A DNA stretch of 64,000 bases from a virus. Under the pieces are notes generated by a model. It worked only from the letters and a program-made list of their open reading frames with translations, made no database searches and was not told the DNA's origin. Position 1 is the first letter of the stretch. Each line of letters opens with the position of its first letter. Location of the stretch: the IMG/VR virus record IMGVR_UViG_3300040770_000162; one strand, 5' to 3'. This document shows positions 40,411 through 48,963 of this stretch, piece after piece. A program made the translations under genes and the position numbers.

Positions 40411-40483
40411 AGAGATGGTTTAAGGAATCGAACCTTAATTCTCAGCTAGGCTTGGCGTATTACCATTCAGACCAACCATCTCT
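40411..40483 (-). tRNA. tRNA-like element, isotype unresolved, non-canonical core
   Basis: T arm TAAGG-TTCGATT-CCTTA, acceptor GATGGTT/AACCATC (the helix extends to 10 bp), and a D-loop-like AATGGTAA. I could not form a 5-bp anticodon stem by hand. Confidence 0.45.
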
Positions 40484-40694
40484 ATTATTAAAAATACCTT
40501 ACAGTTTCACTATAAAATTTGTGGTCACTAATCCACATTATACGTTTAAATTAAGGTTTAATTCTGTTACCAGAATACAGCACATGTATTACCTTAGCCG
40601 ACAAGTGTTTTTAACTTATTTTACTTTGAGTCTCTCAAGCATTCTGAGGTATTTTAATTTGTGCTACTACAATGCTTTTTTCACACTTTGTTAA

Positions 40695-40856
40695 TTAATC
40701 TTTATAATCTTCAGGATATAATTCACTCATTTCATCGTGAGCATAATCAAAACCTTCCCAATTATCAACTCCTGCATTTTCTAAACAAATTAACCAACTT
40801 AATTTCTTTATCATTGAGATATATTCTGATTTTTTGATAGTAATAGTTTCTTCCAT
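40695..40856 (-). CDS. small acidic protein (absent from the ORF track)
   Basis: Hand translation gives MEETITIKKSEYISMIKKLSWLICLENAGVDNWEGFDYAHDEMSELYPEDYKD (53 aa). Its ATG overlaps the nrdA stop (TAATG). Confidence 0.45.
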   Translation of the reverse strand: MEETITIKKSEYISMIKKLSWLICLENAGVDNWEGFDYAHDEMSELYPEDYKD

Positions 40857-42478
40857 TATTGACATGTGTTACACTCATTAATTTCCCTTGCAAACGATTG
40901 TGCTGCATTTTGACTAAACTGATAATAAAGTGTTTTAACACCTTCTTGCCAAGCATAAATATATAATTTATTAATTTCCTTAGTTTCTACAGAAGGATGT
41001 ATTGTTAAATTTACACTTTGAGATTGGTCAATAAATTGTTGTCTTTGAGCTGCTTGTAATACAATTTCTTTTGGTGAAATTTCAATAAATGATTTAAAAA
41101 CTTCTTTAGTTGGGAAATCTAGATGTTGAACAGAACCATCATTTTTAAGAATAGATTCCCATATAGAAGGTGTATCTAATTCGTATTTTTGAAGTTCCGC
41201 AATCAATGCTGGGTTTTTATAAACAGTTTTAATTTTAGCTAAATCTTTAATAAAATAATTAGATTTAATTGGTTCAATTCCCATTGAAACTTGACCTAAA
41301 ATAAAACTACTAGATTTTGTAGGTGCAATTGCTAACAATGTAGTATTTGCAAAACCTTCACGTAAAGATGTAATACCTAAATAATCGTGACACCATTTAG
41401 AAGCATTATCACTTCTTTCGTTTAAAGTTTTAAATATTTTGTAATTAGCTTGCTTAGCTTCTAAACTTTCAAACTCAATAAGTTTTGACTGTAAATAACT
41501 ATGATAACCTAATACACCTAAACCAATAGCTCTATGATCTTTAGCAAATCTCCAAGCACGTTTCATTCCTGGTAATGTTTCAGATTTAGTAACAAAATCT
41601 GTCATTACAGCATTTAAAAATGTAACATATGTTTCAATAGCATCAGTTTTTTCAATTTCATCCCAATAAAGTAAATTAATTGAACCTAAACAACATACAA
41701 ATGAATTATATGTATCGTTAGGTAATGCTATTTCAGAACATAAATTACTATGTGTAATTTCTAATCCTAATTTGTTATACGGACTGTTTCTATTTACAGT
41801 ATCTTTAAACATTAAATACGGAAATCCAAATTCACTTCTTCTTTGAATAACTTTTGCCCAAGTAACTCTTTTTTGAGAATTACCAGCAATCATTTCTTCC
41901 ATGAATTTATCAGTAATAGTTACACCATACTGTAAATTTTGAATAGGATTACCTTCAACACCAATGTCTAAAAATTCATTAATATCTGGATGTTCAATAG
42001 GTAAATAAACGGCACAAGAACCTCTACGAGTTTCTGATTGTTTAAATACATCAACAATACTATCATAAATTTTAGCATAATGAACAGGTCCATCAGCATA
42101 ACCACCAATAGATATTTTACTACCTCTTGGTCTAATATTTCCTAAATAGGCAGATGTTCCACCACCATATTTAGACATCATTCCGATTTCTCTACCTGCA
42201 TTTAAAATACTATCTGAAGAATCATCTATGTTTGTTCCAAAACACGAAATAGCTAAACCTTTTTCTTTACCAAAATTAACCCATACTGGTGTTGATAATG
42301 AATAATAACCTTTTTTCATGTAAGATTCAAACTTAAAAGCAAAATCTTTAATTCCTAGTATTTTTTCCGCATGATTTGCAATTTCTTTTATCCTTTGCTC
42401 AGGACTAACTCCTTCATTTAAATAACCTCTAGATAAGAATGTTCTAGAGTCATTGTTCAACCATTTGTAATCACTCAT
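40856..42478 (-). CDS. nrdA: ribonucleotide reductase class I alpha subunit (short form, no ATP cone)
   Basis: SNLCSEI (Asn-Cys-Glu active site), CCLGSINL, YYQ radical-transfer pair, and a C-terminal CNTCQ redox pair. Confidence 0.85.
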   Translation of the reverse strand: MSDYKWLNNDSRTFLSRGYLNEGVSPEQRIKEIANHAEKILGIKDFAFKFESYMKKGYYSLSTPVWVNFGKEKGLAISCFGTNIDDSSDSILNAGREIGMMSKYGGGTSAYLGNIRPRGSKISIGGYADGPVHYAKIYDSIVDVFKQSETRRGSCAVYLPIEHPDINEFLDIGVEGNPIQNLQYGVTITDKFMEEMIAGNSQKRVTWAKVIQRRSEFGFPYLMFKDTVNRNSPYNKLGLEITHSNLCSEIALPNDTYNSFVCCLGSINLLYWDEIEKTDAIETYVTFLNAVMTDFVTKSETLPGMKRAWRFAKDHRAIGLGVLGYHSYLQSKLIEFESLEAKQANYKIFKTLNERSDNASKWCHDYLGITSLREGFANTTLLAIAPTKSSSFILGQVSMGIEPIKSNYFIKDLAKIKTVYKNPALIAELQKYELDTPSIWESILKNDGSVQHLDFPTKEVFKSFIEISPKEIVLQAAQRQQFIDQSQSVNLTIHPSVETKEINKLYIYAWQEGVKTLYYQFSQNAAQSFAREINECNTCQ

Positions 42479-43452
42479 TAAAATAAATCGTTTTCTGTTA
42501 TACTTTTGCTTTTTTTGTTGTAATCAATAGATTTTTTATAGAAAAAATCACCTTCTTTTGTAGAACTTATTTCAATATCAAACCATAAAGTTGGTTCAAG
42601 TAGTTCTATATTAATTTCAAAAGCGTTTTTCAAATCTATTTTATTTAAAGAATTATTAAATCTATTTTTAATAAATTCTTTAATTTGATTTTTTGATAAG
42701 AATGGTAATTCACCTTTCTCAAATATCCAATCTAATATGTCACATTCTGCAGCGTAAGCTTTATGACATGCTGAATATATTAAATCTTCAAATTCTTTAT
42801 CAAACCATTCAGGAAACTCATGTTTAATAATATTAATTATCTCAACACCAAAATTACCATGACAATCTTCTTCTTTACTTGTAGATTCTACAACATTTGA
42901 AATACCTTTAAATAAATTTTTGTCTTTATTAAAAGACATCATTATTAAAAATTGACTAAATAGTGATACATGTTCTATAAATAATGAAAATAGTAATACA
43001 CTTTTTGTATACATTTTATTATCTACACTTCTAGAACCGTTTAAATACTTTTCTAAATATTTAATTCTATTTTGTATTGCGGGTACTTCAATAATATGTT
43101 TAAAATCTTCTTCAAGATTAAGTATTGTTAGTAATTTAGCATAAGCTTCTGAATGTCTACATTCACTTTCAGCAAAAGTCATTCCAACATCAGCAATTTC
43201 TGAAATAGGCATTCGTTTATACATATCTGCCCAAAACGTTTTAACACTTACTTCAATTTGAGCAATAGCAAGCATTGTTTTTTTGATAATATCTTTTTCT
43301 ACATCAGTTGTTTTTGTGTAGAAATCTGAAATATCTGTTGTAAAATTATATTCTGAAGCTAGCCAATACGAATGTCTAATTGCATCACGATATTTAATTA
43401 GTTCAGGGTATTCATACGGTATTAAATTTATTCTTTTATCGAATATACTCAT
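42478..43452 (-). CDS. nrdB: ribonucleotide reductase class I beta subunit
   Basis: Di-iron ligand motifs ESECRHSEAY and EEDCHGNF. ATG overlaps the nrdA start region (ATGA-type coupling). Confidence 0.85.
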   Translation of the reverse strand: MSIFDKRINLIPYEYPELIKYRDAIRHSYWLASEYNFTTDISDFYTKTTDVEKDIIKKTMLAIAQIEVSVKTFWADMYKRMPISEIADVGMTFAESECRHSEAYAKLLTILNLEEDFKHIIEVPAIQNRIKYLEKYLNGSRSVDNKMYTKSVLLFSLFIEHVSLFSQFLIMMSFNKDKNLFKGISNVVESTSKEEDCHGNFGVEIINIIKHEFPEWFDKEFEDLIYSACHKAYAAECDILDWIFEKGELPFLSKNQIKEFIKNRFNNSLNKIDLKNAFEINIELLEPTLWFDIEISSTKEGDFFYKKSIDYNKKSKSITENDLF

Positions 43453-43472
43453 TTATTGTTTTGATTTATTAT

Positions 43473-44039
43473 TTATCTCCATACTGTCCCTCTAACTTCT
43501 GTTAGTATTAGTACTTCATTATGAGGATCTACATAAGTTCCTAATTCTTGGTTATCTGGTATAATAACTCCTAATTCTTTTTGTAAACTCTCTTTTAATT
43601 TTTGATCTTTGTATAATATTTGTTTTACTTTTAATAGAAAGTTCACACCTGCTGGATTTCCAGAATATACTTCTGCCCAAAATCTTAATATTAATTTTTT
43701 AGCATCATCTCCAAATTTGGAATATTGACTACTAAGCAAATAATTATATTCATTAAGATATTCTTCAGGAAATTTAAATACATAAACAGCTTTATCATTT
43801 ATATCTATACATTTTACAAACAATTCATTATTTGTAAGTTTATGTTCATATTTAGTAAATTCAGGATTTTTAAAATCAAATTTATGTAATATAAATATAC
43901 AGTTTTCATACTCATTGTTTTCATCAAACAAGTAAGTATTTAATAGATTTGGTAAAAATTTTATGTTTAAATCTAGTATTTCTGACATTAGCGGTAATAA
44001 ATACGATTTTGATTTATTGTAGTGAGGTTTATTTATCAT
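43473..44039 (-). CDS. hypothetical protein
   Basis: I chose the start at ATG 44039 (MINKPHY). The upstream ATG at 44075 would overlap 47 nt of the endonuclease gene. Confidence 0.55.
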   Translation of the reverse strand: MINKPHYNKSKSYLLPLMSEILDLNIKFLPNLLNTYLFDENNEYENCIFILHKFDFKNPEFTKYEHKLTNNELFVKCIDINDKAVYVFKFPEEYLNEYNYLLSSQYSKFGDDAKKLILRFWAEVYSGNPAGVNFLLKVKQILYKDQKLKESLQKELGVIIPDNQELGTYVDPHNEVLILTEVRGTVWR

Positions 44040-44748
44040 AATAAAGTTTAAAATTAGATTTATTCTTAACCTCATTTCGTAACCAACTCCCTAAAGTTTG
44101 ATATTTAATACTAAATATTTCAGAAACTTCTTTAATAGAATTGTAAATAATTCCACTTTTTGTATCAATTACTTTTTTTTGTAATTTATAATTAGGAATT
44201 CCTAATTTAGCAATTCTCATTTTTTTTATTGCTTCTTGAGATTTTGGTTTATTGACATTACCTTTACTAATATTATTTCTCCATTCTTCTGAAATTTTTC
44301 TACCTTTTCTAGAATTTGACATTTTTTTACGAGTTTCTTCTGAAGCAACTTTACCTATGTTTTTAAAACCCATAGACTGACGAACTTTTTCTGAGTGAAC
44401 TCTACCTGTATTTGCCAAACTTATTTTATTTTTAGTTTCTTGAGATAATTCTCCAGAACTATATGTAGATTGTACTAATGTACAATTCAAACCATCAGTT
44501 ACAACATTATAAAAATCTTGATAATATCTTTCTTTATCGTTTAATAATAAAGTATCACATTCTTCTAATATTTCAAATTTGTGATTTTCTATTCCATATT
44601 TATTAAAAGATCGATTTAATTTTATTTGTAATTTACTTTTTTTTATATTTTTATATTCTTTGAATCGTCTAGTAATATCTACAGCTTGTCCTATATAAAT
44701 TCGTCCAGGCGGACTTTCTATTTTGTATATACCTGTAATTTTACTCAT
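44029..44748 (-). CDS. freestanding GIY-YIG homing endonuclease
   Basis: GIYKIESPPGRIYIGQA...R...Y...E core, four NUMOD3-like repeats (S.ETK.KIS / SEKVRQSM / SEETRKKMS / SEEWRNNIS), and a C-terminal HTH. Confidence 0.75.
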   Translation of the reverse strand: MSKITGIYKIESPPGRIYIGQAVDITRRFKEYKNIKKSKLQIKLNRSFNKYGIENHKFEILEECDTLLLNDKERYYQDFYNVVTDGLNCTLVQSTYSSGELSQETKNKISLANTGRVHSEKVRQSMGFKNIGKVASEETRKKMSNSRKGRKISEEWRNNISKGNVNKPKSQEAIKKMRIAKLGIPNYKLQKKVIDTKSGIIYNSIKEVSEIFSIKYQTLGSWLRNEVKNKSNFKLYYDK

Positions 44749-44752
44749 TAAC

Positions 44753-45787
44753 TTAATTAACTTCTATAAAGTCATCATTTAACATTAAACTTCCGTTATT
44801 TTCATAAACTTCTTGACTAAAATCATAAAGTTTATTTTTCCAGTGGTAATAAATTAAGTCTAAATTTTCATTTAAACCTGTATATTTATAACCAGCTTTT
44901 GTTGTAAAACCATTAATTGCAGCATTATGCCATTTATCACTTATTTCAAATACGTGAGGAACTTTTTCACCTCTACCTATAAAAATAAATTTAAACGGTG
45001 CTAATGCATAATCTTGTAATCCTAATTGTTTACAAATAGTATCGAATGCTCTTGTATAAACAGATTCTTGAAAATAGTAACAGTATTTAATAAAACTTTT
45101 TGAAAAATCTTCAGCTTTAGAAGAACCTGTTTTAATATCTTCCATGTAAACAATCTTACTTTTGTGGTCAATTGACATTTTATCAATTATTCCACGTAAA
45201 GTAAATCCTTTATAATTATATTCAAACTTAAATTGATAGTGGTTCTCAAAGTCATTATTAAACAAATGATGAGTGTGTTTATGATTCAGTAATAAATTCA
45301 CACATTCTTTAGCATCATCGTTTTCTTTTTGAGTTACTACAATTTTATCTTTTGTTTGAATTTTAATATTAACATAATTCCAAAACTCGTCTTTATCAAA
45401 GTTAGCAATTAATTTATCTTCAACTTTAACATTACTCCAAAATCCATTATGTCTTACAATTTTTAATACTGTATTTTTATCAGGTACTGTGTCATAATTA
45501 TCTATAATAATATCACACAACGTACCTAATGTTGCAGTTGGTTTATTATCATCGTAAACAACATATAATGATTTACATATATTATTACCTGTTACAGTAT
45601 CTAATAATAAGTCATCTACTAATGAACCAAATTTTAGACCATCACTTTCTGGATTTGATGGTCTAATTAAAGCTTTTGGTCCATTTCTATCAAAATCACT
45701 TATTCGTGAATATGATAATTTTAAATCTATAATTTCTTCATTATTTAGCAATTGATCTAACTTGCTCTCTTTCGTTTTCTCCTTCAT
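44753..45787 (-). CDS. PD-(D/E)XK (RecB/Cas4-like) exonuclease
   Basis: GSLVDD, IIDKMSID...MEDIKTGS (D...ExK) and YYFQESVY (QxxxY). Confidence 0.6.
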   Translation of the reverse strand: MKEKTKESKLDQLLNNEEIIDLKLSYSRISDFDRNGPKALIRPSNPESDGLKFGSLVDDLLLDTVTGNNICKSLYVVYDDNKPTATLGTLCDIIIDNYDTVPDKNTVLKIVRHNGFWSNVKVEDKLIANFDKDEFWNYVNIKIQTKDKIVVTQKENDDAKECVNLLLNHKHTHHLFNNDFENHYQFKFEYNYKGFTLRGIIDKMSIDHKSKIVYMEDIKTGSSKAEDFSKSFIKYCYYFQESVYTRAFDTICKQLGLQDYALAPFKFIFIGRGEKVPHVFEISDKWHNAAINGFTTKAGYKYTGLNENLDLIYYHWKNKLYDFSQEVYENNGSLMLNDDFIEVN

Positions 45788-46031
45788 TTATAATTGTTAG
45801 CTCTATTACTAAATCAATTAGTTTGTTAGAATGTTTCAGTTGTAATTTTAAATCTTCATTATCTTCATCAAAGGCTAATGTCCATTCTACATTTTCAATA
45901 ACTTTATCTAAATATAATCTAGCTGAAGTATAATCTTCTAAAATTAAATACATTTGTAATTTAATACATTCTTTGTCGCTTAATGCAAAACGGCATGACT
46001 CACTAATTTTTTGTAATAGGTTTTTTTTCAT
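45741..46031 (-). CDS. hypothetical protein
   Basis: 96-aa ORF. Confidence 0.5.
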   Translation of the reverse strand: MKKNLLQKISESCRFALSDKECIKLQMYLILEDYTSARLYLDKVIENVEWTLAFDEDNEDLKLQLKHSNKLIDLVIELTIINEGENEREQVRSIAK

Positions 46032-46040
46032 TTTATTAAA

Positions 46041-46481
46041 TTAAGTTATTTTTATCCATACTCCTGGATTTTCTTTATCTACACTATAAAACTTATTGTC
46101 TATTTTTAAAGCAAAAGGTATAACACAATCCATATTGTCATCAACAATAATATCGTGTGCTGTTAATAAATCTAAACTTACTTGAACAATATTGTGAAAA
46201 TCAAATTTCCTTTTACTATCTCTTACAAAATGAAATCCTATTTCTAGTGGTAATTTTTTACCTTTAATTTGTTTAGCAAAATCTTCTCTTAATTGCTCAA
46301 TTAAATTAGGTTTATTTACATAACTTTTAACTAATTTTTTACCTGATGAATACGTTTGTATTCCTAAATTGTTTAAATATGCTTTTGTTGTTTTACTTGC
46401 AAAACTTCCTTTACTTGTATTTATACGTGAATTTTTTGAACTCGGTACGTTATAAGGGATAAAAATAAGATTGTCATTCAT
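46041..46481 (-). CDS. RusA-like Holliday junction resolvase
   Basis: IPYNVPSSKNSR and DFHNIVQVSLDLLTAHDIIVDDN parallel the RusA segments PPSNNRYYR and DLDN...DAL....DD. Confidence 0.5.
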   Translation of the reverse strand: MNDNLIFIPYNVPSSKNSRINTSKGSFASKTTKAYLNNLGIQTYSSGKKLVKSYVNKPNLIEQLREDFAKQIKGKKLPLEIGFHFVRDSKRKFDFHNIVQVSLDLLTAHDIIVDDNMDCVIPFALKIDNKFYSVDKENPGVWIKIT

Positions 46482-46503
46482 AATTATGTATATTTGTTAA
46501 TTG

Positions 46504-46511
46504 CAAATATA
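46504..46511 (-). promoter_or_regulatory. -7 box TATATTTG (minus strand) within a palindrome
   Basis: The minus strand reads TATATTTG 22 nt upstream of the ATG at 46481. It is one arm of TATATTTG-N7-CAAATATA (46489-46511). Confidence 0.4.
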
Positions 46512-46559
46512 ATAAAAATAAATGACAAATCCTATTAAAACAATATTTATTTTATATAA

Positions 46560-47237
46560 TTACCATAAATTATAGTTTTTTATAATTAACGTGTCATAAA
46601 GATATTCATTACAATCAAGAAAGATATCAGAGTTATTACTTAGTTTAGCATCTGTATTTACAATAATTTTATTATTATCTTTATCAATATATTTACATAA
46701 ATCTAAATGGTCATCTGTTAAAAATAAATAAACAATATTTTTTTTATTATTAATTTCTTTAATAACACATCTAATAAAGTTTTTCCAAACATCAGTATAA
46801 TCTTTATTTTCTTCAACACACATTGACACATTTAAAAATAAGAACCCGTTTTCAGAATAATCATATAAAGAATTATCAAAATCTGATAATTTCATTTGAT
46901 TACCGTAAACACTACTTAAAATACAATCTCTAAATTCTCTTAATTCTATAGGTATGTCAGAGTTTAAGGTGGAGGTTGTTAAAATACCTCTACCTACACC
47001 TGACGATCTTAAATCTTTTACAGGCTTATTGTCAATTATTACAACTTGTAAGTCATCGTAACTACAATCTTTAAAAGGTTGAAACAATCTTTGTTGTTTT
47101 GGATATACTGATTTACCTGATAAATAAACTTGATTTATAAAATTTTCAAGATGTGTAAAATATTCACTTTCATAAAAATCGTAAAGAATAGTCGCCCAGT
47201 CTAAACCTAATTCTTTTTCTATTTTAAATACACTCAT
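46560..47237 (-). CDS. divergent uracil-DNA glycosylase-like protein
   Basis: UDG-like order VYPKQQRLFQPF...LQVVIID..., FLFLNVSMCV, W.NFIRCVI.EIN...IVYLFL. The canonical GQDPYH water-activating loop is replaced by IDNKPV. Confidence 0.4.
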   Translation of the reverse strand: MSVFKIEKELGLDWATILYDFYESEYFTHLENFINQVYLSGKSVYPKQQRLFQPFKDCSYDDLQVVIIDNKPVKDLRSSGVGRGILTTSTLNSDIPIELREFRDCILSSVYGNQMKLSDFDNSLYDYSENGFLFLNVSMCVEENKDYTDVWKNFIRCVIKEINNKKNIVYLFLTDDHLDLCKYIDKDNNKIIVNTDAKLSNNSDIFLDCNEYLYDTLIIKNYNLW

Positions 47238-48960
47238 CTTTTTTTTCTTTAATTTCTAAATCAGCTTTTAATGAAGTTGGAGTATAGTAGTAAGGATCTG
47301 AAAAAGTTGAATAATTTTTTAATGAACTTAATGAATCTAACAATTCTTTAGTTATAAATTTAGTATTTTTTACAACATACTGATTTTTTTTTAAACCATT
47401 ATTTTCTCTTGGTTTAAGAGGTTGATAATTAATTTTTAATTTTGAAAAATCAATATCTTTTTCCCAAGATATACTATGATCTGTTCTAATTTTACTTTCA
47501 GTACCTAAAATATTACCATTTAAAGTTTGATATTGAATATTTTCTTTTCTATTGTAAACATAATCTGTAATATAATCTTGAAATAAATCTAAATCTTGAA
47601 TTTTATTTTTATAAGTATAAACTTGATTACGTAAAATATCGACTAAAGATAAGTTATTTAAATATCCAGGATTTTGTAAAATATTATCTTGATTTTTTAC
47701 TACAAAATTTACAACTAACGCGTTCATCAAAACAAACGGAATTATTTTGTTAGATTCATACGTAGGTGTGTGTATTCTAAATTCAATAGTTTGTTTATTA
47801 CCAAACAATAAAGGTATCATATTATATAACAAATATCTTGGTTTTATTAACCATTTTTGATTACAATTTGGATCTGCAGGGTGTGACACAACATTATCAA
47901 GGTTGTTACCTATTGCTTCAAAACGGTGACCCATTGATAAGTACTCGTAAATAACACCAAAATTGTAATCAATATTAGAACTATCGATAACTCTGTCTAA
48001 TTTTGAGAGTATTTCAAAAGTAGGTAATGGTGCCGAATAGTTTTTATTTTTAATGTTGTAGTTATACTTTTTATATAATGGAAACATTGCAAACACTTCA
48101 TCTTGAATCATCATTCCTACCTTAAAAAAAGCAAGCATAAATTCCTTTGTTCTAGGTAAGTTACCTAAGTGTAAATGCATCGAACAAGTTTTATCATCAT
48201 ATTCTGTACGTTTTTTTAAAACATTAGTAATATCACATATTGCTTGCAAACCTTTTTCACCACCCATTGGTACAGTAACATATTCAATACCTGATATAGA
48301 ACCATCTCGTAATGGAATTAAACCATATTGACTTAGAGTTTTTTTAGAAACAAAACCTTTGGTTGTCTCAAATTCTAAACCAAATGTTAAATCTTCTAAA
48401 ATAGGAGCATAACTTTTAATTGATGAAGAGATTATTGGATTGTAATTTAAGTTATAACTTTCCAAATAGCTATCTAGAATTCCTTTTGAGTCATATGGAA
48501 GACTAGTTTTATAACCTTGACTTGGTACAATTATTTTTGAAAATTCTAAAGCTGGTAATTTTGAAATATGGTAATAATTACCATTTGAAAATCTTTCACG
48601 ATATACTTTACTATTGTTAAAAATATTATTATCAAATATTAAATATTTTTTTCCATATTTATTTATAACTACAGAATGTATTTCTGAATTATTAAAATAT
48701 CCAAAAATTAATTCATCATCAACAACTTCTACAACTCCTTCAACAATATTAAAATCAAGATGTACATATTTATTTACGCTATGGTTAAACACTATTAATT
48801 TTGTTTCTTCTCTGTAGTATTTGTCACCAATTAAATAACAATCTCCAGAATTTTTAATTTCTGGATTACCAATCTTATAATATTCTTTATTGAATTTTTT
48901 ACATTGAGAAATAGGTAATTCTTCTCCTTTTATTGTAATTACTTTTTTTTGAGCACTCAT
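47224..48960 (-). CDS. amidoligase (Amidoligase_2 / glutamine-synthetase-like) with N-terminal extension
   Basis: FGLEFETTKG, LRDGSISGIEYVTVP and CSMHLHLG are arranged as in the amidoligase family. About 170 aa at the N-terminus are unassigned. Confidence 0.55.
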   Translation of the reverse strand: MSAQKKVITIKGEELPISQCKKFNKEYYKIGNPEIKNSGDCYLIGDKYYREETKLIVFNHSVNKYVHLDFNIVEGVVEVVDDELIFGYFNNSEIHSVVINKYGKKYLIFDNNIFNNSKVYRERFSNGNYYHISKLPALEFSKIIVPSQGYKTSLPYDSKGILDSYLESYNLNYNPIISSSIKSYAPILEDLTFGLEFETTKGFVSKKTLSQYGLIPLRDGSISGIEYVTVPMGGEKGLQAICDITNVLKKRTEYDDKTCSMHLHLGNLPRTKEFMLAFFKVGMMIQDEVFAMFPLYKKYNYNIKNKNYSAPLPTFEILSKLDRVIDSSNIDYNFGVIYEYLSMGHRFEAIGNNLDNVVSHPADPNCNQKWLIKPRYLLYNMIPLLFGNKQTIEFRIHTPTYESNKIIPFVLMNALVVNFVVKNQDNILQNPGYLNNLSLVDILRNQVYTYKNKIQDLDLFQDYITDYVYNRKENIQYQTLNGNILGTESKIRTDHSISWEKDIDFSKLKINYQPLKPRENNGLKKNQYVVKNTKFITKELLDSLSSLKNYSTFSDPYYYTPTSLKADLEIKEKKDECI

Positions 48961-48963
48961 ATT

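Noticed and set aside
40441-40452. Amber-suppressor tRNA (CTA anticodon) in tRNA-like element 1, which would imply stop-codon recoding as in some crAss-like phages
   Set aside because: The CTA triplet sits in a 3-nt loop of a 3-bp mini-hairpin with no U33 context. All long ORFs in the window are intact under the standard code, with no in-frame TAG/TGA pattern.
40452-40694. 80-aa plus-strand ORF across the tRNA-like element and the noncoding gap
   Set aside because: It is on the opposite strand to the whole module, overlaps the tRNA-like element, has low-complexity composition and shows no start signals.
40765-40956. 63-aa minus-strand ORF overlapping the nrdA 3' end
   Set aside because: It overlaps 100 nt of nrdA in another frame. 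The 53-aa ORF 40695-40856, coupled by TAATG to the nrdA stop, explains the region better.
40856-43452. Further introns or inteins in nrdA/nrdB, which are common targets in phages
   Set aside because: Both ORFs are continuous. They carry all the catalytic landmarks I checked in the normal order, and there are no endonuclease-like insertions.
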